Assembly (NCBI GenBank): GCA_963704565.1
Contig: OY969917.1
Span: 3,003,257 to 3,067,256, forward strand
DNA from: an uncultured Pseudomonadota bacterium
GTDB taxonomy: Bacteria; Pseudomonadota; Alphaproteobacteria; Rhizobiales; Beijerinckiaceae
DNA: 64,000 nucleotides
Reading direction: 5' to 3'
In this document: positions 1 through 8,477 of the stretch, in pieces
How the letters are laid out: each line of letters starts with the position of its first letter
How positions within the stretch are numbered: the stretch's first letter is position 1
The notes under the pieces: model-generated
Database searches by the model: none
What the model was told of the DNA's origin: nothing
The model's input: the letters and a program-made list of their open reading frames with translations, nothing else
Made by a program: the position numbers and the translations under genes

Positions 1-1
1 C

Positions 2-535
2 GACGAGCTGCGCGGGTTGCTGCGCGAAGCGCCGCTGTTCCGCCCGGCCATGCCGCGCTCCGGCAAACCGTTTTCGGTCCGCATGAGCAATTGCGGCCCG
101 TTCGGCTGGGTCTCGGACCTTTCCGGCTATCGCTATCAAGCCCGTCATCCCGAAACCGGCAGGCCCTGGCCGGCGATGCCCGGCAGCCTTTTGGCGCTCT
201 GGCGCGCTTTGGCCGAATGCGATCTCGCGCCCGACGCCTGCCTGATCAATTTTTATGACGAACAGTCGCGTATGGGTCCGCATCAGGACCGCGATGAAGC
301 GGATTTTTCCGCGCCGATCCTTTCCGTCTCGCTGGGCGATTCCTGTCTCTTTCGCCATGGCGGCGACAGCCGCCGCGACCCGAGCGCCAGCCTCCGCCTC
401 GACTCCGGCGACGTTCTGGTCTTCGGCGGTCCGGCGCGGCTGATGTTCCACGGCGTCGACCGCATCCTGCCCAAAAGCTCGACCCTGCTCGACCCGCCCG
501 GCCGGATCAATCTGACCTTGCGCCGGGCGAAATAG
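2..535 (+). CDS. alkB: alpha-ketoglutarate-dependent dioxygenase AlkB (5' end lies outside the window)
   Basis: Frame is open to the window edge. Translation has MGPHQDRDE (HxD), SVSLG, LMFHGV and NLTLRR, collinear by eye with the C-terminal two-thirds of E. coli AlkB. Confidence 0.85.
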   Translation, partial: DELRGLLREAPLFRPAMPRSGKPFSVRMSNCGPFGWVSDLSGYRYQARHPETGRPWPAMPGSLLALWRALAECDLAPDACLINFYDEQSRMGPHQDRDEADFSAPILSVSLGDSCLFRHGGDSRRDPSASLRLDSGDVLVFGGPARLMFHGVDRILPKSSTLLDPPGRINLTLRRAK

Positions 536-617
536 AGCGCTCGGCCGCCGGCTTTGCGCCATCGCAAGGCCTTGGCTCGCGCGCCGTCGCAGACTGGCGC
601 GATCAATCGGAGGCCCG

Positions 618-1214
618 ATGGACGAACGTATCGACACGATGGACGAGGCGCAGCTTCCCGAAAAGCTGCGACCGCTGCATTTTCTATTCCTGCGCGGCAT
701 GGGCCTGATCAATGGTTTCGCCCATCTGATCCTGGGGCTCGCGCTGGCGGCTTCCGTCCTGCTTTTCAGCTGGCTTTTCTTTGACGACGTCTTTGACGCC
801 CTGCGCCACGCCAATCTGGCGCAGGGCTTTCTCCACGGCCTTGGCACCTTGATGCTGCTGTGGACCGTCTCGGCGCTGATCAGCGCCGAAATCCGCTATA
901 TGCAGGGCCATCCGCTGACCGTCGACACTTTCGTCGAAGTCACGATCGTCGTCGTCCTGCGCAAGCTCATCACCATGCCGGTGCAATCGACCCTGCCGAG
1001 CCCTCAGGAATTCCTGCTGTGGGTGGGATCGGCGGTTATGCTCGGAATCATGTATCTGATCGTCCGCTTCGCCCTCACCATCCGGGTGGAGGAGGCGTCA
1101 GCTCCCCAGTCGGCCCCCCAATCAGCCCCCCATGAAGCCGGCGCCGATATTGATGGTCATCGCCAGCACGGCGTTGTTGTAGAAAAAGGCCAGGACGCCA
1201 TGGAGCGTGGCTAA
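618..1214 (+). CDS. PsiE-like multi-TM membrane protein (putative)
   Basis: ATG 618 follows GGAGG by 4 nt. It has four hydrophobic helices and a VVVLRKLI-type motif reminiscent of the PsiE family. The tail has an APQSAPQSAP repeat, and the last 93 nt overlap the convergent DUF1345 gene, so the functional C-terminus is uncertain. Confidence 0.5.
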   Translation: MDERIDTMDEAQLPEKLRPLHFLFLRGMGLINGFAHLILGLALAASVLLFSWLFFDDVFDALRHANLAQGFLHGLGTLMLLWTVSALISAEIRYMQGHPLTVDTFVEVTIVVVLRKLITMPVQSTLPSPQEFLLWVGSAVMLGIMYLIVRFALTIRVEEASAPQSAPQSAPHEAGADIDGHRQHGVVVEKGQDAMERG

Positions 1215-1817
1215 CCGCCGCAGCCGCGAGCTGTCGATATTGACGTCGGCGGTGGCGCAGGCGACGCCGATCACATAGGAAAAATACAGGAAATCAGGAT
1301 AATCCGGCCGGGTCACGCCGGGAAAGGTGAGGCCGCCGCTCCATTTGCCCTGCGCGTCCGCCTTGGCGACCTTGAAGAATTCATGGGCGTAATGCAGCGC
1401 GAAGGTCAGGTGCAGGAACAGCCACGAGCCTAGAATCGTCGCGATCGCCAGAGCGATATGCAGCTCCTTGATCGGATAGGCCGCCTTGCTGGCGGCGCCA
1501 AGCTCGGCGAAAATGGCGGCGAAGGAGACGGTCGCGGAAATCGCGGCGAGCGTCAGGACGGTGTGGCCGCCCTCGTCCTGCAGGGCCGCCCGGCGATGGA
1601 TGTCGCGATCGCCCGAACGCGCGATCATCACGGCGACGGCGATGAGATAGCTCCAGACGGCGGCGTTCCAGCCGGCGAGGCCGCGCGTCACCGCTCGCCA
1701 GTCGGCAGGCAAAGCCAGGCCGACGATCACGCCCAGCGCCGCGCATAAAAAGAGGCGCGGCCGCGCCCGAATGATTCGCAGGGGCTTGATCAGGCGGCGC
1801 GGGGGCGTTGCGGTCAT
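1122..1817 (-). CDS. DUF1345-type integral membrane protein
   Basis: Internal ATG at 1817 (MTATPPRR...) of ORF 1122..2087. It is multi-TM with a DFLYFSYVIG...ADV motif as I recall for DUF1345. The upstream ORF extension runs antisense into ispA and is rejected. Confidence 0.65.
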   Translation of the reverse strand: MTATPPRRLIKPLRIIRARPRLFLCAALGVIVGLALPADWRAVTRGLAGWNAAVWSYLIAVAVMIARSGDRDIHRRAALQDEGGHTVLTLAAISATVSFAAIFAELGAASKAAYPIKELHIALAIATILGSWLFLHLTFALHYAHEFFKVAKADAQGKWSGGLTFPGVTRPDYPDFLYFSYVIGVACATADVNIDSSRLRRLATLHGVLAFFYNNAVLAMTINIGAGFMGG

Positions 1818-1821
1818 GGGG

Positions 1822-2754
1822 TCAGGATTTCCGTGAAACGGTGAAACGCGCGGCCTCGGCCAGGACGCCGGCGCTTTCCCCAAAACCGCCGTCTTCGAGC
1901 GCCCGGACGGCCTCCTCGGCCAGAGCGTCGCGGCGCTGGCGCGCCTCTTCGAGGCCCAGCGCCGCGACCAGCGTCGCCTTGTTGCGGTCGGCGTCCTTGC
2001 CGGCGCGCTTGCCCAAAGCCTGTTCGTCGCCTTCGGCGTCGAGAATGTCGTCGGCGACCTGGAAGGCCGCGCCGAGCGCCGCGCCATAGCGGCCGAGCGC
2101 CGCCATCTGCCGGGCGTCCGCCCCGCCGATCCGCGCGCCGGCTTCGACCGCGAAAAGCAGCAGGGCGCCGGTTTTCATCGACTGCATCAGGGCGACGAAT
2201 TCCTTTGCATGCGGTGTCCTGCTCTGCTCGGCTTCGAGATCGAGCGCCTGGCCGCCGACCATGCCGCCGAGCCCCGCCGCGCGGGCGAGCATCAGGGTCA
2301 GATCGGCGCGCACCTTCGGGTCGCCGTGGGTCGGCGCGTCGGCGATCACGTCGAAGGCGTAGGTGAGCAGGCCGTCGCCGGCGAGAATGGCGGTCGCTTC
2401 GTCGAAAGCCTTGTGGACGGTGGGGCGGCCGCGCCGCAGATCGTCGTCGTCCATGGCCGGAAGGTCGTCATGAATCAGCGAATAGCAATGGATCATTTCG
2501 AGCGCGCAAGCCGCGCGCAAAACGCCATCGCCCTCGACCCCGAACAGACGCGCGGTCTCGACCGCCAGGAACGGCCGCAGCCGCTTGCCGCCGCCGAGCG
2601 CGCCATAGCGCATGGCTTCGAGCAGACGTTCGGGACGGGTCTTTTCGCCCGGCAGGCAATGGGGCTGAAGCAGCGCGTCCAGCATGGATTCGGTGGCCTC
2701 GGCGACAGCGACCAGCCGGGCGGCGAATTTTTGGTTTACGATCTCAACCGACAT
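1822..2754 (-). CDS. ispA: polyprenyl (farnesyl/geranylgeranyl) diphosphate synthase
   Basis: Start MSVEIVNQ at 2754. Both aspartate-rich motifs are present (LIHDDLPAMDDDDLRRG and FQVADDILD). The N-terminal ORF extension is a translated tRNA gene. Confidence 0.9.
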   Translation of the reverse strand: MSVEIVNQKFAARLVAVAEATESMLDALLQPHCLPGEKTRPERLLEAMRYGALGGGKRLRPFLAVETARLFGVEGDGVLRAACALEMIHCYSLIHDDLPAMDDDDLRRGRPTVHKAFDEATAILAGDGLLTYAFDVIADAPTHGDPKVRADLTLMLARAAGLGGMVGGQALDLEAEQSRTPHAKEFVALMQSMKTGALLLFAVEAGARIGGADARQMAALGRYGAALGAAFQVADDILDAEGDEQALGKRAGKDADRNKATLVAALGLEEARQRRDALAEEAVRALEDGGFGESAGVLAEAARFTVSRKS

Positions 2755-2897
2755 GCCGCGATCCCCAAATCTGCGAAAAATTCCAGGGATTCGCTTGCCC
2801 GATGCGCGCGGGCCGGTCAAGCGTCGCGCAATTCTTTTCGCGATCGGCGCCAAAGGCGAATTTTCGATTTGTCGGGAAGGACAACCAACTTGTAAGT

Positions 2898-2982
2898 TGG
2901 TGCCCAGGAGAGGACTCGAACCTCCACGGCTTGCACCACTGGTACCTGAAACCAGCGCGTCTACCAATTCCGCCACCTGGGC
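2898..2982 (-). tRNA. tRNA-Leu (anticodon CAG)
   Basis: Reverse complement reads GCCCAGG...CCTGGGCACCA. It has a 7-bp acceptor stem, anticodon stem CTGGT/ACCAG with loop TTCAGGT, a long variable arm, T-loop GGTTCGAGTCC and an encoded CCA. Confidence 0.93.
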
Positions 2983-2991
2983 CCGGCGCGT

Positions 2992-3020
2992 CTTCTACGG
3001 GGGCGCCGGGACGCTGTCAA
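2992..3020 (-). promoter_or_regulatory. sigma70-like promoter for tRNA-Leu (TTGACA-N17-TAGAAG)
   Basis: On the minus strand, TTGACA (3020-3015) is followed by a 17-nt spacer and TAGAAG (2997-2992), 9 nt upstream of the mature tRNA 5' end. Confidence 0.5.
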
Positions 3021-3051
3021 CACGATCCGGCGCGCGAAGTTCAAGAAAAGG

Positions 3052-3837
3052 TCATCCGCCGCGCCTTTCGCCTTCGAGCAATTCGATGGCCTTGGCCAGA
3101 GCCGCCAGATCCTGTGGGCGGGACAGGCGATGGTCGCCGTCCTTGATCAGGGTGATCGTCGCCGGGTCGGCGGCGAGGCTTTCGATCAGCCGCATGGCGT
3201 GGCGCCAGGGCACATCCGCGTCGGCCATGCCCTGAAGGATTGCTGCCGGGCAATGACTGCGGATTTCGCCGCCGAACAGACCATTGGCCTTGCCGTCCTC
3301 GAACAAGGCCCTGGTCAGCGGATAGCCGTCGCCATAGGCGTCCGGGGGACGCATCCAGGCGCCCTCGGTTCGAATCGCTTCGCGGACCTGTTCGGGCAGG
3401 CGCGGCCAGATCAGTTCTTCGGTGAAATCGACCGCCGGCGCGATCAGGACCATGCCGGCGAGCCGCGCGCTTTCGCCCAGCCCGGCCAAGGCGCGGGCGA
3501 GCAGCAGCGCGATCCAGCCGCCCATCGACGAGCCGACGACAATCTGCGGCCCCTCGGTCAGGGCGCGGAAAATCGCCAGGGCCTCGGCCGCCCACAGCCC
3601 GATGGTTCCGTCGGCGAAGGCGCCTTCCGATTCGCCATGGCCGGAATAATCGAAGCGCAGACAGGCGCGGCCTTGGGCTTGCGCCACAGAATCGAGGAAT
3701 TCCGCCTTGGAGCCGCGCATGTCGGAGCGGAAGCCGCCGAGCCAGAACAGGCCGGGCGGCTTTTCCCCCTTGCGGGCGAGGAAGGCGAGGCGCGGCGCGC
3801 CGGGTTTTTGGACGAAAAAAGCGGCTGGCTCGGTCAT
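3052..3837 (-). CDS. alpha/beta-fold hydrolase
   Basis: It has a GSSMGG nucleophile elbow and a late GDH motif (KDGDHRL). Size and order fit the alpha/beta hydrolase fold. Confidence 0.8.
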   Translation of the reverse strand: MTEPAAFFVQKPGAPRLAFLARKGEKPPGLFWLGGFRSDMRGSKAEFLDSVAQAQGRACLRFDYSGHGESEGAFADGTIGLWAAEALAIFRALTEGPQIVVGSSMGGWIALLLARALAGLGESARLAGMVLIAPAVDFTEELIWPRLPEQVREAIRTEGAWMRPPDAYGDGYPLTRALFEDGKANGLFGGEIRSHCPAAILQGMADADVPWRHAMRLIESLAADPATITLIKDGDHRLSRPQDLAALAKAIELLEGERRGG

Positions 3838-3902
3838 TTGGCGAACGGTTCCGGTCGGGGCTAAGGTGCTTCGAGCGATTCGTTTGTCAAGCGGGAGACA
3901 GC

Positions 3903-5072
3903 ATGACGCCTTGGGGCGCGGAAGGCGACATTGACGGTCAGGCCCTGTTCGGCCGCACGATCCTTCAAGTGGTTCCCGCGCTCGATTCCAGCGCCTCGGC
4001 CTGTGTCGAACTGGCGGCGAGCCTCGCCGACGCGGGGGCGCGGGCGCTGGTCGCCGGCCCGCCCGGGCCGCTGGCGAGCGAATTGCAGGCGCGCGGCGGC
4101 GTCTTCCTCCCTTTCACGGCGGCGACGCGCATTCCCTGGCAGGCCTGGCGCAACCGGAGCCGGCTGGCCAAGCTCGCTTCGCGCGAGGGCGTCGAGTTGA
4201 TCCACGTCCGCGCCGGCGCCGACATTCATGCCGCCTTTTACGCTGCGCGACAGGCGCGCGCGCCTGTGGTGGCCGATTTCGAGGCGGGACAGGACGCGAT
4301 GGCTCTCGACGCCAACTCCATCCTCTTTTATGCTCGCGAGGAGATGGAGGCGGCGCTTGGACGCCGTCCCGCGCTGGCGGGCAAGGCGTTTCGCGGCTTT
4401 CATGGCGTCGATCTGCGGATTTTTTCGCCCGACGCGGTCGAGACGGCGCGGGTGCGCCGCCTGCGCGAGGCTTTGGGCGTCAAGGCCCATGTCCGCCTTG
4501 TCGTGGCGCTCGGCCTGCCGGCGGAGCGCCGCCAGAATTTTCTCGCGGCGGCTTCGCAGCTCAAGGCCAGGCATTTTTTCGCCAATGACGCGCAGGAGGC
4601 GCGTTTCGTTTGGCTGCGCGGCGAAGGCGAGACCGCTTCGCCGGCTTTCGACGCCGAAGCGGCGCGGCTGGGGCTCGACGACGTGGTGCTGCGGCTCGAT
4701 TGGCCCGATCGCGCCGCCGCCTGCCTCGCGGCGGCTTTGGTCATCGCGCCGGCGGGCGAATCGCCGCTTTGCGCCGAGGCCCAGGCGCTCGGTGCGCCGG
4801 TCGCGGCTTTGCAGCCTTCGGACGGCGCGGGCGAGGCCGAGGCGGTGCTGGCCCCGCCGCGAGTTGAGCCTGGATCGCGCACCGGCTGGCTGATCCCGCC
4901 GGATCCGCCGGCCGGCCTGATTCGCGCCATCGAGGAGGCCATGCGCCTTGGCGCCAGCGCGCGGGAAAATCTGGCCCATCGCGCCCGCGCCCACGCCCGG
5001 AACTATTCCACGGAAAGGATGAACGCCATCGTCATGGCGACCTATGCGCGTCATTTTGGCGCCGGCGAATAG
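3903..5072 (+). CDS. glycosyltransferase (GT4/group 1-like)
   Basis: 389-aa ORF with GGGAGA upstream. The C-terminal half (ESPLCAEAQALGAPV...GWLIPP...LIRAIEEAM) resembles the GT-B retaining glycosyltransferase C-domain. The N-terminal domain is divergent. Confidence 0.6.
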   Translation: MTPWGAEGDIDGQALFGRTILQVVPALDSSASACVELAASLADAGARALVAGPPGPLASELQARGGVFLPFTAATRIPWQAWRNRSRLAKLASREGVELIHVRAGADIHAAFYAARQARAPVVADFEAGQDAMALDANSILFYAREEMEAALGRRPALAGKAFRGFHGVDLRIFSPDAVETARVRRLREALGVKAHVRLVVALGLPAERRQNFLAAASQLKARHFFANDAQEARFVWLRGEGETASPAFDAEAARLGLDDVVLRLDWPDRAAACLAAALVIAPAGESPLCAEAQALGAPVAALQPSDGAGEAEAVLAPPRVEPGSRTGWLIPPDPPAGLIRAIEEAMRLGASARENLAHRARAHARNYSTERMNAIVMATYARHFGAGE

Positions 5073-5298
5073 GGTTGCTAAGGCAAATCGCGCTTTTTGC
5101 CGAAATGCGCCGTTGACTTTGCGCCGTTTTGTCTCGATCTTGGCGGCGGTTGGTCCTCGTGGTCTCGGTCGCGGGGGCTTTTGCCGTATCTAAAATGCTT
5201 TCCAAAGTTCTGCAGCGGACCCAGGGCCGCGGCCGCCGCCGGAATGTTTTGCGCGCGCCCGACCCGGTCTTCCAGACTCTTGCCAAGGAGAACACGCC

Positions 5299-5838
5299 AT
5301 TCGCCGTCCCATGAAAGCCCCCCCGGTTCCGCAAAAGGAGGGACCCCGCATCAACCGGGATATTCGCGTCCGCGAAGTGCAACTGATCGATGCCGAAGGC
5401 CAGAATCGCGGCGTCGTCGAAATTGTGGAAGCCTTGGGCCTGGCCGAGGAAGATGGACTCGATCTGGTCGAGATCGTGCCCAACGCCGATCCGCCGGTCT
5501 GCAAGATCCTCGATTACGGCAAATATCGTTTCAATGAGCAGAAAAAGGCCGCCGAGGCCCGCAAGAAGCAAAAGGTCGTCGAGCTCAAGGAGATCAAGCT
5601 CCGTCCCGGCATTGACGACCACGATTACGAGACCAAGATGAAGGCCGTCCGCCGCTTCTTCGAGGAGGGCGACAAGGTGAAATTCGTGCTGCGCTTCCGC
5701 GGTCGCGAAATGGCTCATCAGGAACTCGGCTTCAAGGTGCTCGAACGGGTGAAGGCGGAGACCGGGCCGATCGCCAAGATCGAACTGGAGCCGTCGATGG
5801 AAGGCCGCCAGATGATCATGATCCTGGCGCCGAAATAA
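5299..5838 (+). CDS. infC: translation initiation factor IF-3 (probable AUU start; first ATG at 5311)
   Basis: [15 protein letters not shown] and [10 protein letters not shown] are IF-3 hallmarks. AAGGAG at 5285-5290 is 8 nt from the in-frame ATT at 5299 and gives an (M)RRPMKAPP N-terminus. Confidence 0.9.
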   Translation: MRRPMKAPPVPQKEGPRINRDIRVREVQLIDAEGQNRGVVEIVEALGLAEEDGLDLVEIVPNADPPVCKILDYGKYRFNEQKKAAEARKKQKVVELKEIKLRPGIDDHDYETKMKAVRRFFEEGDKVKFVLRFRGREMAHQELGFKVLERVKAETGPIAKIELEPSMEGRQMIMILAPK

Positions 5839-5867
5839 GCTGGACTTGGTCGCGCCGCTGTTTGCGC

Positions 5868-5897
5868 TTGCCAAATCTCGCCTTTTCACCTTATAAG
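5868..5897 (+). promoter_or_regulatory. sigma70-like promoter upstream of rpmI-rplT (TTGCCA-N17/18-TATAAG) followed by a structured leader
   Basis: TTGCCA lies at 5868-5873 and TTATAAG at 5891-5897. The ~120-nt leader contains GGCC-UUCG-GGCC and GCGCG-CUCC-GCGCGC hairpins. Confidence 0.45.
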
Positions 5898-6019
5898 CCC
5901 GCCTTCGATCCGACCGGCGAGTACAAGGGCTGCCGTGGCGGATTGTTTCGCTCGCAAGAGGGAAAGGCCTTCGGGCCAGACCGCGCGCTCCGCGCGCATC
6001 AATAATTCGAGAGAGCCAA

Positions 6020-6220
6020 ATGCCCAAGTTGAAGACCAAATCCGGCGCGAAAAAGCGCTTCAAGATCACCGGCACAGGCAAGGTGGTCTACGCCCAGCGC
6101 GGCAAGCGCCACGGCATGATCAAGCGGACCAAAAAGCAGATTCGCAACCTTCGCGGCACCAATATCCTCTTCAAGACCGACGGGGATAACGTGAAGAAGT
6201 TCTTCCTGCCCAATGGCTGA
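6020..6220 (+). CDS. rpmI: 50S ribosomal protein L35
   Basis: [21 protein letters not shown] is a canonical L35 N-terminus. The product is 66 aa. Confidence 0.97.
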   Translation: MPKLKTKSGAKKRFKITGTGKVVYAQRGKRHGMIKRTKKQIRNLRGTNILFKTDGDNVKKFFLPNG

Positions 6221-6232
6221 ACATTAGGAGCG

Positions 6233-6275
6233 GCATATTCTTGTCCGAAAAGTCTGCAACTTTTCGGGAATATGC
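6233..6275 (+). repeat. half copy (right-hand hairpin module) of the bipartite palindromic repeat family, in the rpmI-rplT spacer
   Basis: GCATATTC-TTGT-CCGAAAAGT-CTGCA-ACTTTTCGG-GAATATGC. The same 43-nt module recurs at 26314-26356 and 50397-50439 in the same orientation. Confidence 0.85.
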
Positions 6276-6314
6276 CAGCCTTAATCCGCAACCCGACATA
6301 TCTGGAGATCATCC

Positions 6315-6680
6315 ATGGCTCGCGTCAAACGCGGCGTCACCTCGCACGCCAAGCACAAGAAAGTTTTAAAGGCCGCCAAGGGTTTCTATGGCCGCCGCAA
6401 GAACACCATCCGCGCCGCCAAGGCGGCCGTCGATCGCTCGATGCAATATGCGACGCGCGACCGTCGCGCCAAGAAGCGCACCATGCGCGCCTTGTGGATC
6501 CAGCGCCTCAACGCCGCCGTGCGCGAATTCGGCCTGACCTACAGCCGCTTCATCGACGGCCTCGCCAAGGCCGGCGTCGAAGTGGACCGCAAGGTTCTCT
6601 CCGAACTGGCGATCAGCGAACCGGCGGCCTTCAAGGCCATCGTCGAAAAGGCCAAGGCGGCTCTTCCGGCCGCCGCTTAA
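6315..6680 (+). CDS. rplT: 50S ribosomal protein L20
   Basis: [19 protein letters not shown]...YATRDRR is canonical L20. The product is 121 aa. Confidence 0.97.
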   Translation: MARVKRGVTSHAKHKKVLKAAKGFYGRRKNTIRAAKAAVDRSMQYATRDRRAKKRTMRALWIQRLNAAVREFGLTYSRFIDGLAKAGVEVDRKVLSELAISEPAAFKAIVEKAKAALPAAA

Positions 6681-6785
6681 TTTTTTCGCGCCGGCCGCGA
6701 TGCGGGCGGCGCCCCTCGCAACGGCTCGGCGTCACCTTCGTTCCTGGACCCCACCTGGGGTCAGATCGAGTCTGCGTTCCTTCAA

Positions 6786-6812
6786 AGCCCGCCGGCGACG
6801 GCGGGCTTTTTT
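6786..6812 (+). terminator. rho-independent terminator after rplT
   Basis: Stem GCCCGCCG (6787-6794) pairs with CGGCGGGC (6799-6806), with loop GCGA, followed by TTTTTT (6807-6812). Confidence 0.8.
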
Positions 6813-6871
6813 GCTTTGCAGCGCCGGCTTCGCATGGCATTACCCCTGCGAAACATTTCCTGGACCTTCCG

Positions 6872-7954
6872 ATGTCTGACCTGAGCCAACTTGAAAACGA
6901 GACCCTCGCCGCGATCGATTCCGCCGCCGACGAAGCCGCGCTCGAAAATGTCCGCGTCGCGGCGCTCGGCAAAAAAGGCTCGATTTCCGCGCTCCTCGCC
7001 ACGCTTGGAAAGATGTCGCCCGAGGAGCGCAAGAGCGAGGGCGCGAAGATCAACGCGCTCAAGGACAAGGTCGCCGAGGCTTTGGGAAGCCGTAAGGCGG
7101 TGCTGAAGCAGGCGGCGCTCGCCGCCCGTTTGGCGAGCGAAACGCTCGACGTGACCCTGCCGACGCGCCCTTCCGCGCTGGAGACCGGCCGCATCCATCC
7201 CATTTCCCAGGTGATGGACGAATTGACCGCCATTTTTAGCGACATGGGCTTTTCCATCGCCGAAGGGCCGGATATCGAAAGCGACGATTTCAATTTCACC
7301 AAGCTGAATTTCCCGCCTGGCCATCCGGCGCGCGAGATGCAGGACACGTTCTTCTTCGACGCCAAGGCGGACGGGACGCGCAAATTGCTGCGCACCCATA
7401 CTTCGCCGGTGCAGGTGCGCACCATGTTGCAGAATCCGCCGCCGATACGGGTCATCTGTCCGGGCCGCGTCTATCGTTCCGATTTCGACCAGACCCATAC
7501 GCCGATGTTCCATCAGGTCGAGGGGCTGGTGATCGACCGCCGGGCTCATATGGGTCAGCTCAAATGGGTGCTGGAGGAATTCCTCAAGGCCTTTTTCGAG
7601 GTGGAGCATGTGAAAATGCGCTTCCGGCCGAGCTTTTTCCCCTTCACCGAACCTTCGGCCGAAGTGGACATCCAATGCTCGCGCAAGGGCGGCGAAATGC
7701 GTTTCGGCGAGGGCGACGACTGGCTGGAGATTCTGGGCTGCGGCATGGTCCATCCCAACGTCCTGCGCAATTGCGGCCTCGATCCCGACGAATATCAGGG
7801 CTTCGCCTGGGGCGTCGGCATCGACCGCATCGCCATGCTGAAATATGGCATGCACGACCTGCGGGCCTTTTTCGAAGCCGACGCGCGCTGGCTGTCGCAC
7901 TATGGCTTCCGGCCGCTCGACCTGCCGACCTTGGCGGGCGGGCTGTCGAGCTGA
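6872..7954 (+). CDS. pheS: phenylalanine--tRNA ligase alpha subunit
   Basis: Internal ATG 6872 ([10 protein letters not shown]...) lies after the rplT terminator. Class II motifs are present ([33 protein letters not shown]-like [13 protein letters not shown]). The longer ORF from 6272 overlaps rplT and is rejected. Confidence 0.95.
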   Translation: MSDLSQLENETLAAIDSAADEAALENVRVAALGKKGSISALLATLGKMSPEERKSEGAKINALKDKVAEALGSRKAVLKQAALAARLASETLDVTLPTRPSALETGRIHPISQVMDELTAIFSDMGFSIAEGPDIESDDFNFTKLNFPPGHPAREMQDTFFFDAKADGTRKLLRTHTSPVQVRTMLQNPPPIRVICPGRVYRSDFDQTHTPMFHQVEGLVIDRRAHMGQLKWVLEEFLKAFFEVEHVKMRFRPSFFPFTEPSAEVDIQCSRKGGEMRFGEGDDWLEILGCGMVHPNVLRNCGLDPDEYQGFAWGVGIDRIAMLKYGMHDLRAFFEADARWLSHYGFRPLDLPTLAGGLSS

Positions 7955-8118
7955 CGGGCGGTGTTCGATGAGGGACGCGGCCTTCGCGCTTTTCGATCGG
8001 CTGGTCTTCGGTTCCGTTCTGCCGGCGCCGGGACCGTCCGACATCGAGTTCGATCAATCTCGCCGCCCATGACGCGCGCGATGATGAGCAAAGCCGCTAC
8101 CGCGATTTCATCTATCTC

Positions 8119-8463
8119 ATGATGGGCACGGTGGACACCAAGGTTTCCGCGCTCCTGACCCATATTTCCCTGATCATTGCGGCGCTGGTCTTCATCTATT
8201 CGTCCAAGGCCGGCGTCTCCGGAATGTTCAAGAACATGATCATGGTCGAGATCGTCGCCTATCTGATCCTGACGGTGTTCTGCCTGAGATGCATCCGGAT
8301 GACGATCAGGCTGTCGAGCGGCAGCGCAGCATCGGAGAACGACGCGCTGGCGATCGAACTCTACAAACGCCGCGCGACCTATAACTGGACGTCGAACGTG
8401 ACGGTCGCCGTCACTGTCGCAACAATCTTCACGCTCGTTCTGGGCTCTGTCTTCGGTCTCTGA
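8119..8463 (+). CDS. small hypothetical 3-TM membrane protein inserted between pheS and pheT
   Basis: 114-aa ORF with strongly G/C-biased third codon positions like neighbouring genes and three hydrophobic helices. There is no obvious SD, and the frame is open upstream to 7972 without a start codon. Stop 8463 lies 14 nt before the pheT ATG. Confidence 0.55.
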   Translation: MMGTVDTKVSALLTHISLIIAALVFIYSSKAGVSGMFKNMIMVEIVAYLILTVFCLRCIRMTIRLSSGSAASENDALAIELYKRRATYNWTSNVTVAVTVATIFTLVLGSVFGL

Positions 8464-8477
8464 CCAAGGAAAGAAAA

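Noticed and set aside
2755-2976. N-terminal extension of the ispA ORF (MAELVDALVSGTSGASRGGSSPLLG...).
   Set aside because: This peptide is the conceptual translation of the tRNA-Leu gene and its flank. The homologous IspA sequence starts at ATG 2754.
6272-6871. 200-codon upstream extension of the pheS ORF, overlapping rplT.
   Set aside because: It overlaps the L20 gene out of frame, crosses a strong rho-independent terminator, and is an Arg/Pro-rich non-homologous sequence. PheS homology begins at ATG 6872.
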